Assembly: GCA_951406725.2 (NCBI GenBank)
Contig: OX597824.1
Coordinates: 82,088,001 to 82,152,000 of the forward strand
Length of the DNA: 64,000 nt
Reading direction: 5' to 3'
DNA from: Octopus vulgaris
Lineage: Eukaryota
How positions within the stretch are numbered: the first letter of the stretch is position 1; each line of letters starts with the position of its first letter. Below the pieces are notes generated by a model. The model did not search any database, had not been told where the DNA came from, and worked only from the letters and a program-made list of their open reading frames with translations. This document shows positions 13,590 to 27,115 of this stretch, one piece after another. The position numbers and the translations under genes are program-made.

Positions 13590-14340
13590 ATACTGGCTTC
13601 AAATTTTTATACAAGGCCAGCAATTTCATGGGCTGGGGTGGAGGGGCGGTTAGTCGATTACATCGACCCCAATACCTGAATGGTACTTATTTTATTGACA
13701 CCGATACGATGAAAGGTAACGTCGACCTCAGCGGAATTTGAACCGCTAAGCATTTTGTTCAGCGTGCTAACTGTTCTACAAACTCGCTACCTTAACTTGA
13801 TGAAATATTAGTTTCAAATATTGGCACAAGGCCAGTAATTTCAGAGTAAGGAGTAAGTTGATTACATGGACTCTAGTAATCAACTGGTACTTATTTTACC
13901 CAACCCGCGACAGGATGAAAGCTAAAGTCGATGCTGGTGGGATTTGAACTCTGAGCGTAAAAATTAACAAAATGCCGTCAAACATTTTGCCGGAGTGCTA
14001 ACTATTCTGCCAGTTCGCCGCTTTAAATTGATGAAATATTAGAATTTATAAGGAAAGAAGTATACTCTTTCTTCTCGCAAAGGTACCTGGTACAGCTTTG
14101 ATTAGCAAATGCAGCATATTCGGAGCTTAATAGAGGACCTCTCCAAAGACGGCAAGTTGGCAGAACCGTTAACGGCATTTCGTCCGTCTTTACTTTCTTA
14201 GTTCAAATTCCGCCGAGGTGGAGTTCGCCTTTTATCATTTTGTCGTCGATGAAATAGGTACCAGTTGAGCACTGAGATTGATGCATTCGACTAACCCTTT
14301 CCACGGAAATTGCTGGCCTTGTGCCAAAACTTGAATTCGA
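13590..14340. mobile_element. Cluster of three older SINE B copies with the alternative GCTGGCCTTGTGCCAAAATTTGAA tail
   Basis: Diverged core and head. TTGATGAAATATTAG flanks the middle copy as a TSD-like repeat. Confidence 0.8.
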
Positions 14341-14491
14341 TATATATGTTTCGTTTTTAGTTTCTACGCACAAAAACGTTCTACTTATATTCATTATGAT
14401 ATAACACAACCCACTGATAATAAATGTCTTAGTATTTTCCACTAATACCGATGGGAATGTTATGACTGTAATTTCTATTAAATAAAATAGT

Positions 14492-14750
14492 TTCTGTTGT
14501 GTCTGGGGAGAGTCATTTTCTTTTTGTGCCTTTATTATTTAACACACTCACCGGTAAAATTACCACTTTTTTTCTTATTTTTATTTTCCTAAAATTTTCG
14601 TTGCGTCTTGCAACCTTTTCAATAGTTTTGACGCAAGACGCAACGAAACTTTTAGGAAAATAAAATTAAGAAAAAAGGGGAAATTTTACCGGTGAGTGTG
14701 TTATATTATAAGGCACAAAAAGAAAATGACTCTCCGCAGACACAACAGAA
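14492..14750. repeat. Foldback palindrome (~120-bp arms), probable Penelope-like pLTR remnant
   Basis: Arms are reverse complements. A degenerate hammerhead-like motif sits at the centre (14589-14625, minus). Confidence 0.8.
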
Positions 14751-15038
14751 TGTGCTTCAACGCGCGAACTCATATAAAGAATCTTGCAAACCAAATCCGA
14801 AAACAAAATAGTTTCGTCTTTTAATATTATTTTCAATTCGAAGATCCGTTTTTTTATTTTTGGTGGGGGGGGTGCTAAAATTTTAAACCAATATCGAAAT
14901 TTTCCAGTTGATGCAGTTTTGAAGTTGATTAAAACTTTATTTGCAGTTGTATAAACAGTTGATTTTTTCCTCATCCGCATTCATTCCGTCAATACAACTC
15001 GATACGGATCAATTCTTTACGAGCTGACCTTGGTAATA

Positions 15039-15352
15039 TTGTGTTGAGTCAAAAAGTTTTGCAATATTTCGATAATTCCTTTGTTTCTTTACTGGTTCCG
15101 ATCCATGGCTCACTTCCTGCGCTCGTGACGCTTCATCAACGAAGAAGAGGTGGAAGGAGTTCCAGCGAAGGAGTTCATAGTCTCAAAGGACAAGAACTGG
15201 TATCAGCGTGGGATCACAGAACAGGCAGAAAGGTAGCTTCAGACGGTGCAACATGATGGCCGCTACTTTGAATGCTCGGCTGCTTTCATTGTAACCTGAC
15301 AAATAAAGCAAATAAGCTACCAACATATTACAACACTTTTGACTCAAAGCAA
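15039..15352 (+). mobile_element. Short internally deleted mariner with TIRs
   Basis: TIRs TTGTGTTGAGTCAAAAAGTTTTGCAATAT / ATATTACAACACTTTTGACTCAAAGCAA with TA flanks. Internal FRSMAHFL...KNWYQRGI...HDGRYFE. Confidence 0.88.
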
Positions 15353-16071
15353 TACAGTGTAAACTCAGATTTACGACAATCCAAATCACAAAAGACACCG
15401 CGGGTAGAATTAAAGTGTTTCCATTATTATGTGGTTGGGTAATTTTTGCGATAGTCTTGGATACCTAATTGGAAACAAGTAAACTATTTTCTACTTCAGA
15501 TGTTCCATTACTAAATATTTGGTTGAATGTTTTGCCTCGTTCAGAATTCACTTTAATGATCTGTCTCTGCATGCTTTGGGATTCGTCTTTAAAAGGTTAA
15601 CATTATTTACATGGATGCATGGGGTCATTTTAAACTGTCATCAATACATATACGGTACATTGGATACGTAATATTCCCTGTGATGGAATAAAACCGTAGG
15701 CCAGATATTCAATGGAATATTTCCGACACCTTTCTCCACCACCACCACCACCACCACTACACAGACACGGATGATATCTACTGAACAATGTTTATTAAAT
15801 ATGGCGACTTGAGCTCTCACTTTTCAATTCTCAATGGCGATCCCCTATCAGCGACACTGCTCCATGGGATTGTAAAATATTAGCATTTACAAGGTAGATT
15901 GATTTTGCATAAACATCCAGCTTTCAACATGATTTGTAATCAACAATCAAAACCGACTAAGATCATTAATCCACTTAAATAATTAATGATGTAGCAATGA
16001 AATTATCTTTTGTCTTTCTCGCATCAATGAATATGAAACTAGACAAGTCTCACCGTGTGTATTTGTATGTT

Positions 16072-16520
16072 ATGGCAGCAGTCATGGCTGTGCGGTTAAG
16101 ACGGTCGTCTTTGTAAGCAGATGGTTGCGGGTTCAGTCCCACTGTGCGATATTTTAGGCAAGTATTACTGCAATAACCTTGAGTTTACCAATGCCTTGTG
16201 AGTGACTTTGGTTGACGGAAACTGTGCTGAAACCTGTTGTATATGCATATACATATTTGTGTGTCTGTGTGCGTTTGTGTATGCATGCGCGCGCTAACAT
16301 GTATGATTGTGCTGTTGTGTACGTCTTTGTTCTTCTATCATCGGTTCACAACCGCTGTTGGTTTGCTTACGTCCCTGTAACACGGCGGTGTGCGAAAACG
16401 AACCGATGAAATATATGCCACACTTAAAATATAAATACAGGTGTCGATGATTCGATTAAGTCGTTCACGGCGGTGCCCCAGCATGACCACAAGCCAATGA
16501 CTAAAGCAAGTAAAATGAAA
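16072..16520 (+). mobile_element. Diverged SINE A
   Basis: Recognisable head, body, microsatellite hinge and tail. Confidence 0.8.
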
Positions 16521-16634
16521 GGCAATGTATATGTGTGTCCGTATGTGTATGTATGTGTGTGTGTGTGAATCTAGTAACATATTTGTTACTACAATCTTTG
16601 TGTGTGTGTGTGTGTTTGTATGTGTGTGCGTGTG

Positions 16635-16678
<44 letters not shown>

Positions 16679-16719
16679 AAATTACTTCACTGAAAAACCC
16701 AATGTTAAACTATATATAG

Positions 16720-17405
16720 ATGCAGGACTGGCTGTGAAGTAATAAGCTTGCTTACCAACCAAATGGTTCCGGGTTCAGTGCTCCTGCGTGGCACCTTCAG
16801 CAACTGTCTTCTGCTCTAGCCTCGGGCTAACCAAAGTCTTGTGAGTGGATTTGTTAGACGAGAACTGGAAGAAATCCGTCGTATATAAATATATAAAATA
16901 ATCTGGAACTTGACTGAAGAATGGAAACTCCGAATGACCCGTCCTTGCTTTGTTTTGTCCCTTTTTTTGTATCATCTGTCTGGATGCTTTGCGTTCTTGT
17001 CTCATTTTTTTTTTATTCCACTCACAAGGCTTTGGTCGGCCCTAGGCTATAGTAGAAAACACATACCCAAGGTGCCACGCAGTGAGATTGAAACCGGGAG
17101 CATGTGGTTGGTAAGCAAGCTACTTACCACACAGCCACTCCTGCGCGTGTATATATTTATGTATATGTATATATTTGTGTGTGTGTGTGTGTGTCTCCGC
17201 CATCGCTTGACAACCGTTGCTGGTGTGCTTATGTCCTTGTAACCTAGCGCTTCGGCAAAAGATCGACCGATAGAATAAGCATTAGGTATACAAAGAATAA
17301 GTCCTGGCGTCGATTTCTTTAGAGCAACACCCTTTAAAGTGGTGCTCCAGCATGGCCGCAGTCAAATGACTGAAACAAGTAAAAGAATAAACGAAATAAA
17401 GAATA
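16720..17405 (+). mobile_element. SINE A interrupted at its microsatellite hinge by another repeat fragment and an inverted SINE A head
   Basis: 5' half 16720-16890; fragment 16895-17015 related to 49020-49150; minus head 17018-17146; 3' half 17185-17405. Confidence 0.8.
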
Positions 17406-17922
17406 TACACATTGATTGTTAGACAGATAGAATGAGAGAGTCAGAAGAAGAAGAAGAAGAAGAGAGAGAGAGAGAGAGAGAAAGCAGGTGAGATTATTAA
17501 AATGACGCGGTTTCGTCATCTTCGAGTGTTTTATTTGAACGTGTTAACGACCTGTTATATTTAATACAGCTGAGCTAGATCGCTTTGTTAGATAACCTAA
17601 AACAGATCTAGACATCGTTCTACCAGGCAAACATAAATACACACACCCATACAAATACTGACACTCACATACACACACACATACATACACATACATATAT
17701 GTGTACGTTAGTAAACAAATTTCACACAATTTTTCAGCCAAGTTTTTCAGAGTAAACATTTATTACCTCTGAGCTAAATTAAAGTATCATGTGCAAGATA
17801 CCGTATATTGGGATTGAAATCGGTAGAACGTGTCAGCGAAGTAAATATCTGAATGACAGTGTCTGTGGTTCTTATAGTGATATAGTATACAGGATGCTCA
17901 GGATAGCTTATTTTGAGCGTGC

Positions 17923-17961
<39 letters not shown>

Positions 17962-17963
<2 letters not shown>

Positions 17964-18345
17964 GCCCATGAGTAGCTGTGTGGTAAGTAGCTTGCTTACC
18001 AACCACATGGTTCCGGGTTCAGTCCCACTGCGTGGCACCTTGGGCAAGTGTCTTCTACTATAGCCTCGGGCCGACCAAAGCCTTGTGAGTGGATTTGGTT
18101 GACGGAAACTCAAAGAAGCCCGTCGTATATATGTATGTTTGTGTATATGTCTGTGTGTCTGCGTTTGTCCCCCCAACATCGCTTGACAACCCATGGTGGT
18201 GTGTTTACGTCCCCGAAACTTAGCGGTTCGGCAAAAGAGACCGATAGAATAAGTACTAGGCTTACAAAGAATAAGTTCTGTGGTCGATTTGCTCGACTAA
18301 AGGCGGTGCTCCAGCATGGCCGCAGTCAAATGACTGAAATAAGAT
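17962..18345 (+). mobile_element. SINE A, near full length
   Basis: Matches other copies. Confidence 0.92.
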
Positions 18346-18443
18346 ATATATATATATTTATATACACACACACATACTTATCATATATTACATATATATA
18401 CACACATATATGCACACCAAACATATATGCGTTTACATCCATA

Positions 18444-18501
<58 letters not shown>

Positions 18502-18504
<3 letters not shown>

Positions 18505-18795
18505 TAAAACCACTATTATGCAACTCAAACAATGATAGACATAAACCAATACATAAATAACAGTTAATTTACATTTTTTTTAACCATATAACATATAACT
18601 AGATCTCAAAGTTATATGTTTTATAAAAATGTAAATTAACTGTTATTTATGTATTGGTTTATGTCTATCACTGTTTGAGTTGCATAATAGTGGTTTTATC
18701 TTGAATTTATATTTTATATATTTATACTGTGAAATTTGATTTAATACTAAATTGAATTTTTCCCAGTAAGTTTGGAGTTATACTCCCTATTATAT
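18502..18795. repeat. Inverted repeat (~70-bp arms, 18502-18701) with unique extension, flanked by (TA)n; probable Penelope-like remnant
   Basis: AGATAAAACCACTATTATGCAACTCAAAC... / ...GTTTGAGTTGCATAATAGTGGTTTTATCT. Confidence 0.7.
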
Positions 18796-18923
18796 ATCTA
18801 TATGTGTGTGTGTGTATGTGTGTGTACATATAAACATATTCATATATATACATATATATATGTATATATATAGAGGGAGAGATAGGGGGAGGGAGGAAGA
18901 GAGAGACATATAGACAGACAGTA

Positions 18924-18962
<39 letters not shown>

Positions 18963-19135
18963 AGCTCGCTTCTGCACGCAATATATATATATATATTTCG
19001 AGCGAACCTTGTAGTTTAAAAAGTCGCAGTGGAGTCTATTCGAACGGAGAGCCATATTCAAGTGGCTACGAATATTTCTTGTCAATACAACTACTGCGCT
19101 GATCTCTTAGAGAGACTTTAGCACTAGCATTTTTG

Positions 19136-19218
<83 letters not shown>

Positions 19219-19411
19219 CACGCGCACAATTATATTGACACATAAGCATATAGAATCGAAACTAAACAGGTATTCTATTAAGAATTCGATATTTTAAGTT
19301 ACATAAATCTTCGCATACATATCTTCGTAATAAAAAAAAGCGCCAACATCTTTAACCATACGTATAGCTTATATCAAGCACATACATGCATTGACACACA
19401 CTCCTTGTCAA

Positions 19412-19464
<53 letters not shown>

Positions 19465-19471
19465 CAACATC

Positions 19472-19536
<65 letters not shown>

Positions 19537-19552
19537 CAACAACAACAACATC

Positions 19553-19603
<51 letters not shown>

Positions 19604-19604
19604 C

Positions 19605-19653
<49 letters not shown>

Positions 19654-20109
19654 CATCAATAATAATAATAAAATTCGGAATGAAATATCTGCATCTATAA
19701 AGAATTGTGCGTGTATCTTTAGCTGGGCTTTATTTCTTAGTTAATGTTATAAAGAACGAAAAAGGTACATTGTTTAAAGACTCTCGTCGACATGACATCT
19801 GACATGTTAGCCTCTGGTATTGACCATTCTAGACAAAAGATGGCAGCCTGCAAGTGACAGCTTCTCAAAGATTTTTAGATGAAAAGCCACGTCAGTAAAA
19901 AAAAAAAACGACCCGACCACCGCACAGGCACAAACAGGTAGAAACACACGTATTCCAGTACGCACAGGAACGAACAAACAAGCACACACACACACACACA
20001 CACATACGCGCACACACACACACACACACACATACAGATAATCAGCCGCTTGCACTAAACATGGCGTCTTCTCTTACAAAAATAAGGAAGCCATTTTAAA
20101 AATTGTTCA

Positions 20110-20200
20110 TCTTTTTATTTATTCCTCGTTGTTATTAGTACTGTTGTTGTCGTTGTTGCCGTCATTATCATCGCTGTCACCACTACCACCATCACCATAG

Positions 20201-20232
<32 letters not shown>

Positions 20233-21035
20233 GTCGTCGTCATTATCATCATCGTCATCATTGTCAATATCATCAGCATCGTCATAATCATCATCACCAT
20301 CGTCATAATCATCATCATCATCACTATCCACTTCATCCTCACCATCCTCATCATCGTCATCATCGTCATCATCGCCATAATCATCACCATCAACGTCATA
20401 TCGTCAACATCGTCGTCATAATCATCATCATCATCATAATTATCATCATCATCTTCATTATCATCATCGCCATCGTCATCATCATCATCGTCGTCGTCGT
20501 CGTCGTCGCCGTCGTCATCATCACAATCCTCATCGCCAGCACGGCGATCATCATCATCATCATCATCATTCTCGTTATCATCATCATCGTCATAATCATC
20601 CTTATCATTATCATCATCATCGTCATCATCGTCATCATCATCGTCATCATCACAATCCTCATCTCCAGCGTACGGTCATCATCATCATCATCATCATCAT
20701 CATTATCGTTATCATCATCATCGTCATAATCATCATTACTATTATCATCATCATCCTCATCATCGTCATCATCATCGTCATCATAACAATCCTCATCGCC
20801 AGCTCGGCGATCATCATCATCATCATCATCATCATTATCGTTATCATCATCATCGTCATAATCATCATTATCATTATCATCATCATCGTCACCATCGTCA
20901 TCATCATTGTCATCATCACAATCCGCATCTCCAGCGCGACGATCATCATCATCATCATCATCGTCGTCGTCGTCGTCATCATCATCGTCGTCGTCGTCAT
21001 CATCATCATCATCAGCAGCATCATCGTTATCATCG
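20110..21035. repeat. (TCA/TCG)n array with a ~132-bp higher-order repeat
   Basis: Marker ACAATCCTCATC(G/T)CCAGC recurs at ~20523, 20652, 20786 and 20918. Confidence 0.9.
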
Positions 21036-21224
21036 CTTTGAACGCTATATAGTTTTCCAGTTCGGTACGATTTCATTTCCATACGTCGTATACGTTCAGT
21101 AAGTTTTAAATTGTGAATTTGCGATTTGTTTCTTTTTTAGATATGCGTGTGTCAGAGTGTAGACAGTAACTGTGTGTGTGCGTGCGTGCGTTTCTATGTG
21201 TATGTATATAAAATCGCATTCATT

Positions 21225-21261
<37 letters not shown>

Positions 21262-21306
21262 ACATATATAACTATATATACATATATATATATACATATA
21301 TATACA

Positions 21307-21359
<53 letters not shown>

Positions 21360-21710
21360 TATATACAGATATATATGTATGCATGCATGCATATATATGT
21401 ATATATGTATATACATGAATATACATACATAGACACGCTTATATTAATAAGAAAACAGTTGATGATTGACAGCGCTGCCACTCAGAGTTTCATATCACGT
21501 GCATTTAACCAAACATTGACATATATTAAAATCACGTGTGCATAATGTAATGTATATATACATTCTTTCTTTCATATATACACATAGGTGAATCCCCCTG
21601 TGCGAACGCATATATATATATATATATATATAATGTATGTATATAAGCATACATATATTTATGTATGTATATATGCATACATATACTTATGTATGTATGT
21701 AATTTATATT

Positions 21711-21751
<41 letters not shown>

Positions 21752-22049
21752 GTATATCTATATATATAGATAGATAGATATAGATATAGATATATATACA
21801 CGGGTTCGTAAGTTTGAGTACATAATAATATATTACTCAAAGAAATTTTCACGTTTTATTTACAATCTTAGTTTAATATAAGATAAGATAAGATAATATA
21901 ATGAAATGATAGAATATTAAATGTCCATTCTGATTCAACAAGTACTTTCATGCATTAAACTACGCAATCTTTTGGTTCATATTGTAGTGGTGACACTTAT
22001 GTAAATAAATCGTGAAAATCAAAGTTGAAATTTCTTTGAGCAATATATA

Positions 22050-22262
22050 TACGTATGTTGATTCGCTAGCTTCTGCACGCATTTTTTTCTCTCCTTGTTT
22101 CTTTCTGTGTTTCTTTTCTGTGTATATTTCTGTTGAAGAGCGTAGGCTCGAAACGTAAAAGACTTGTTTTATTTATATTCCTGAGCGCCATACTAATACA
22201 ATTGTTTGTTTATATTCCACCTGCCTTCGTCTTTTGTTTATTTTCATAAGGCTTCCCGTTAT
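22050..22262 (+). mobile_element. Penelope-like pLTR fragment with a hammerhead-like motif, ending in (TA)n
   Basis: TTT CTGTTGA AGAGC GTAG GCTC GAAA CG TA AAA at 22127-22160. Homologous to 51150-51335 and related to 63500-63690. Confidence 0.7.
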
Positions 22263-22267
22263 ATATA

Positions 22268-22315
<48 letters not shown>

Positions 22316-22564
22316 CATACATACACACATATATATACATATATATACACATACAGACATATATATATATATACATATACATATATATATATTCATATAT
22401 ATATATTAATAATTAAAAGATCGTATGATATACACCTGGTAGTTTGCTGGTAAAACACGTTCACTGGCCTAATATTCACAGCGTATTTGATTAATGAGTG
22501 AAACGAAAGTTGGAAAGAATATAGCACGCGACGAAAGATCTATCTTGCATCATCCGTCTCCCTT

Positions 22565-22635
<71 letters not shown>

Positions 22636-22663
22636 TAGTAGCGCTTTACTACATGTATAGCGC

Positions 22664-22714
<51 letters not shown>

Positions 22715-22719
<5 letters not shown>

Positions 22720-23462
22720 CGAGGTGTGATCAATAAGTATCCGGACTGTTACCATAGTATCAAAGCACCACAGAGTAAAGTCGCCTGGCAAAGATTGACA
22801 TTGTACTCTGTTGTGTTTGCGCACTAAGTTTTCACGTTCTAGCTCATTGCCGCTGTCTACAGCAGTACTTGGCAGGAACGGGTGTAGCGTATGACTGTAA
22901 AAGAGATAGTTGCCATGGCCATACCTGCTCAGAGGCCTACGCAAAGTCGCAGAAAGTTTATGGAGAGGAGTGTATGAGCCGCACGCAAGTGTACAAGTGG
23001 TTCAAGCGTTTTCAAGATGGCCGAAATATGTCGATATTGACGAATGTTCTGGGGGACCCGGAACCAGCAGAACTGAAAAAAACATCGCAGATGTGCGTGC
23101 AGCTATGAGTGGAAAATTGTCGAATCACCATCCGTGAGTTATCAGAGGATGTGCAGATTAGTTATAGCTCAATTCGGTCCATTAACGCTTGGGTATGAGA
23201 CGCATGTCTACCAAGTTTGTGCCAAAACTGCTTTCAGCTGACCAAGAAGATATTCGGGTTTCTGTTGAACAGGATTTCCTTGTTGTGTCGAGAACGATGA
23301 AAACTTTTTGGAAATTCTGCCTAGATCTCTAAACTGGTATCACCAAACTTTTGACAAAATTTCATATAGATTATCTTCTCAACTTTCTCTATCATAGTCA
23401 ATGCGATGTTCACACGCTACACAGGTTCCTTCCGAGCACTGTTGTAAAACAACGGAAGTGAG
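22715..23462. mobile_element. Two convergent 5' halves of related mariner elements
   Basis: Plus: TIR-like CGAGGTGTGATCAATAAGTATCCGGAC and [25 protein letters not shown]. Minus (23300-23462): MIEKVEKIIYMKFCQKFGDT. Confidence 0.8.
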
Positions 23463-23758
23463 TTTTTTTCAATTTATGAAAAGAATAAAGGAATTCTTCA
23501 CAGAAGACGAAAGAAGGTTATGCTTAGAGACGAATATCCCCTGCTGAGACGCAACTCTGGTTTTCTGCTTCTAAGTATATAGGGCTTCCTGTAAAACCAC
23601 CACATGTGTGTGTGTTCATTGTATATATATAAATAAATAAATATATATATATATATATATTGTATGTATGCATATGCATTTATATGCATATATATGGATA
23701 TATGTATATTATATATATATATGATATATATATACATATACATATACACACATATATT

Positions 23759-23795
<37 letters not shown>

Positions 23796-23882
23796 GTACA
23801 TGCGTACGTACATATATATTTGTACACACACACACATATATATATATATATACATTTGTGTTTGCATATATATTTTTTGCAT

Positions 23883-23926
<44 letters not shown>

Positions 23927-24407
23927 TCATACATACATATATATGTGTATACACACAAAACCACACACACACACACACATATTTATGTATACATTGTTTG
24001 TTTGTTTAGATTGCTTTACCCAAGCCTCGAATTTCATTTCGTGTCACTGTGATCTTTCTGGTGTATCCCCAACTCAACGAGTGCTTCTCGATTCGTAAAC
24101 ACTACTCGTCTCCGTAGGAGTTGTTCATATTATACAAACGTCATACTTTGTTAGAGGATAAGAAGAAGAAAAAAAAAACGGAAACTAATCCATTGTTTAT
24201 TTAAACTGATTGTTTTTCATCTCCTTACTTAAGTTTCACGCACGATATTACGATCATACCACAGGAATAATAGATAGACGTGACAGCCGTGAGAGTGTGA
24301 GAGGGAAAGGGAGACAGATGCATGCATGTTATCAAGCCTGACTGTGAGTTAAATGCAAATGTAAACTCGTTCTCTTTCTATACTGCTAATGTGCACACCA
24401 GCGGTAT

Positions 24408-24792
24408 GGTGGAAGCACTCCGTCGGTCACGACGTTGAGGGTTCCGGTTGATCCGAATCAACGGAACAGCCTGCTCGTGAAATTAACGTGTAAGTGGCTG
24501 AGCACTCCACAGACACGTGCACCCTTAACGTAGTTCTCGGGGATATTCAGCGTGACACAGAGAGTGACAAGGCCGGCCCTTTGAAATACAGGTACAACAG
24601 AAACAGGAAGTAAGAGTGAGAGAAAGTTGTGGTGAAAGAGTACAGCAGGGATCACCACCATCCCCTGCCGGAGCCTCGTGGAGCTTTTAGGTGTTTTCGC
24701 TCAATAAACACTCACAACGCCCGGTCTGGGAATCAAAACCGCGATCCTATGACCGCGAGTCCGCTGCCCTAACCACTGGGCCATTGCGCCTC
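24408..24792 (-). mobile_element. SINE type C (tRNA-like head), full length with 14-bp TSD
   Basis: Head GGAGGCGCAATGGCCCAGTGGTTAGGGCAGCGGACTCGCGG...GATTCCC. TSD CACACCAGCGGTAT at 24394-24407 and 24793-24806. Confidence 0.93.
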
Positions 24793-25451
24793 CACACCAG
24801 CGGTATAGAACAATTGCGGATTGTTTAACCAACAGTGACCCCAGTGATACATTTATATCATTCCTGGTTATATACACCACATTGTGCTTACACACACTTT
24901 CACTCACATACGCACACATACACATTCTTTGACTCTTTTACATGTTTCAATCATTTGACATCGGCCATGCTGAAGCATCGCTTTGAAGGGTTTTAGTCGA
25001 ATAAATCGAGCCCAGGCCTAGCACCTATTCTATCGGTATCTTTTACCCAACCACAAAACGCACCAACATCGCACTAGGGTCGATGTAATCGACTTCACCC
25101 CATTGTCTGTCCTTGTTTGCCCCCTCTATGTTTAGCCCCTTGCGAGCAATAAAGAAAAAAAGTTTGCTTGCCAACCACATGTATCCGGGTTCAGTCTCAT
25201 TGCGTGGCGCCTTGTACAAATATTTTTTCTGCTATAGCCATGGGCCGACCAAAGCCTTGTGAGGGGATTTGGTGAACGAAAACTGAAAGACGTCTGTCGT
25301 ATTTATATAATCCAAATAATAACAAGAAGACGAAGACAATTCTTTAATACATCTTTAGTGATTCATTACATTTGTTTCTGTACCAGCTCTGTTTGCAACG
25401 CCGGGTTACGTAATAATTCAAAGTGAAAGTTTACGTAATGTCTGCGACCTT

Positions 25452-25858
25452 ACGCAGGAGTGGCTGTGTGGTAAGTAGCTTGCTAACCAACCACATGGTT
25501 CCGGGTTCAGTCCCACTGCGTGGCATCTTGGGCAAGTGTCTTCTGCTGTAGGCCCGGGCCAACCAATGCCTTGTGAGTGGATTTGGTAGACAGAAACTGA
25601 AAGAAGCCTGTCGTATATATGTATATATATATATATATATATGTGTATGTGTTTGTGTGTCTGTGTTTGTCCCCCTAACATTGCTTGACAACCGATGCTG
25701 GTGTGTTTACGTCCCCGTAACTTAGCGGTTCGGCAAAAGAGACCGATAGAATAAGTACTGGGCTTACAAAGAATAAGTCCCGGGGTCGATTTGCTCGACT
25801 AAAGGCGGTGCTCCAGCATGGCCGCAGTCAAATGACTGAAACAAGTAAAAGAGTAAAG
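25452..25858 (+). mobile_element. SINE A, full length
   Basis: Near-consensus copy. Confidence 0.93.
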
Positions 25859-25920
25859 ATTAAAGAGAGACCTGAGACATCAGAGAGGCACTTCATTAGA
25901 TTTGCATCAAAGGTGTGCTG

Positions 25921-25992
<72 letters not shown>

Positions 25993-26078
25993 GTATGTAT
26001 GTATGTATGTAAGAAGTTTTTGCGTAATAAGATAAAAAATCAAAGCTGTATAGACATTAGAGCATTTATAGATAGAAG

Positions 26079-26523
26079 GTCTTACAGCTGTTTCTAGGAT
26101 ATTTATTAATAACTAGCTGTATCGCCCGGCGTTGCTCGGGCTTGTAAGGGAAATAACTATAAAGCATTTTTAGAGAGTTATAGCCAAAAAATAGCAAAAA
26201 CATGCATTAAAAATGAAAAAAAAACGATGGTAAATTTTTTTTTAATCGTTGACTAATCGTAGACATTTTTAGAGAGTTACTTCCCTTATATTTAAAAAAT
26301 ATGCATTAAAATGGAAAAAAATTATGGTAAATTATTTTTAAAATCGTAGACTCATCGTAGACGCGCGCTAATACCCAGAAGGGCTCGATATGAATCACGA
26401 CTATAAGATACCCGGTTTTGGTTAAACTGCACCGCAAAATGTGAGAGTAGTTAGGAATCTAAATCGGAGTAGACAGACACACAACCTTTCTTTTATATAT
26501 AAAGATATCCCTTCATCGGAGAC
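26079..26523 (-). ncRNA. Minimal type-I hammerhead ribozyme motif split by a Helitron
   Basis: After removing 26113-26505: GTCT CCGATGA A GGGATATT ATTAATA AATATCCT A GAAA CAGCTG TA AGAC. Confidence 0.7.
26113..26505 (-). mobile_element. Non-autonomous Helitron
   Basis: 5'-TC(TTTATATATAAAA) start, 3' hairpin GCCCGAGCAACGCCGGGC then CTAG, inserted between A and T with no TSD. Confidence 0.92.
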
Positions 26524-26982
26524 GGTATGAGAGGATAGTTAAGTCATAATTAGTTTAGATGTGATAGAAAATAGAAAGTGAGGTGGAGGAATATTACCGA
26601 ATCTGGAACTTAACTATGGTCTGTCTATAGCACATATTCAGCATTACCTGGCACATTTGGGTCTCAATTACACCACTATCTCTTTTATATATATATGTAT
26701 ATACATGTGTCTTTGTGACTGTGTTTGCCCCCACCCCCACCCCAGTGCTTGACAACCGGGGTTGGTGTATTTACGTCCCCGTAAGCTTCACCAAGAAGAA
26801 ACCGATAGAATAAGTACCGGGCTTAAAACAGTATTAAATACTGGCGTCTATTCGTCCGACTAAAATTCCTCAAGGCGGTGCCCCAGCTTAGCCGCAGTCC
26901 AATGAATAGATAGATATATTGATAGTCGGACAAACAGACAGACAGATAGAAGATAGAAAAACAGACAGACAGACAGACAGAG

Positions 26983-27115
<133 letters not shown>

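Noticed and set aside
24720-24792. tRNA gene-like sequence (also the SINE A, B and D heads)
   Set aside because: Followed by SINE body, tail and TSD; the cloverleaf is incomplete; multiple dispersed copies exist.
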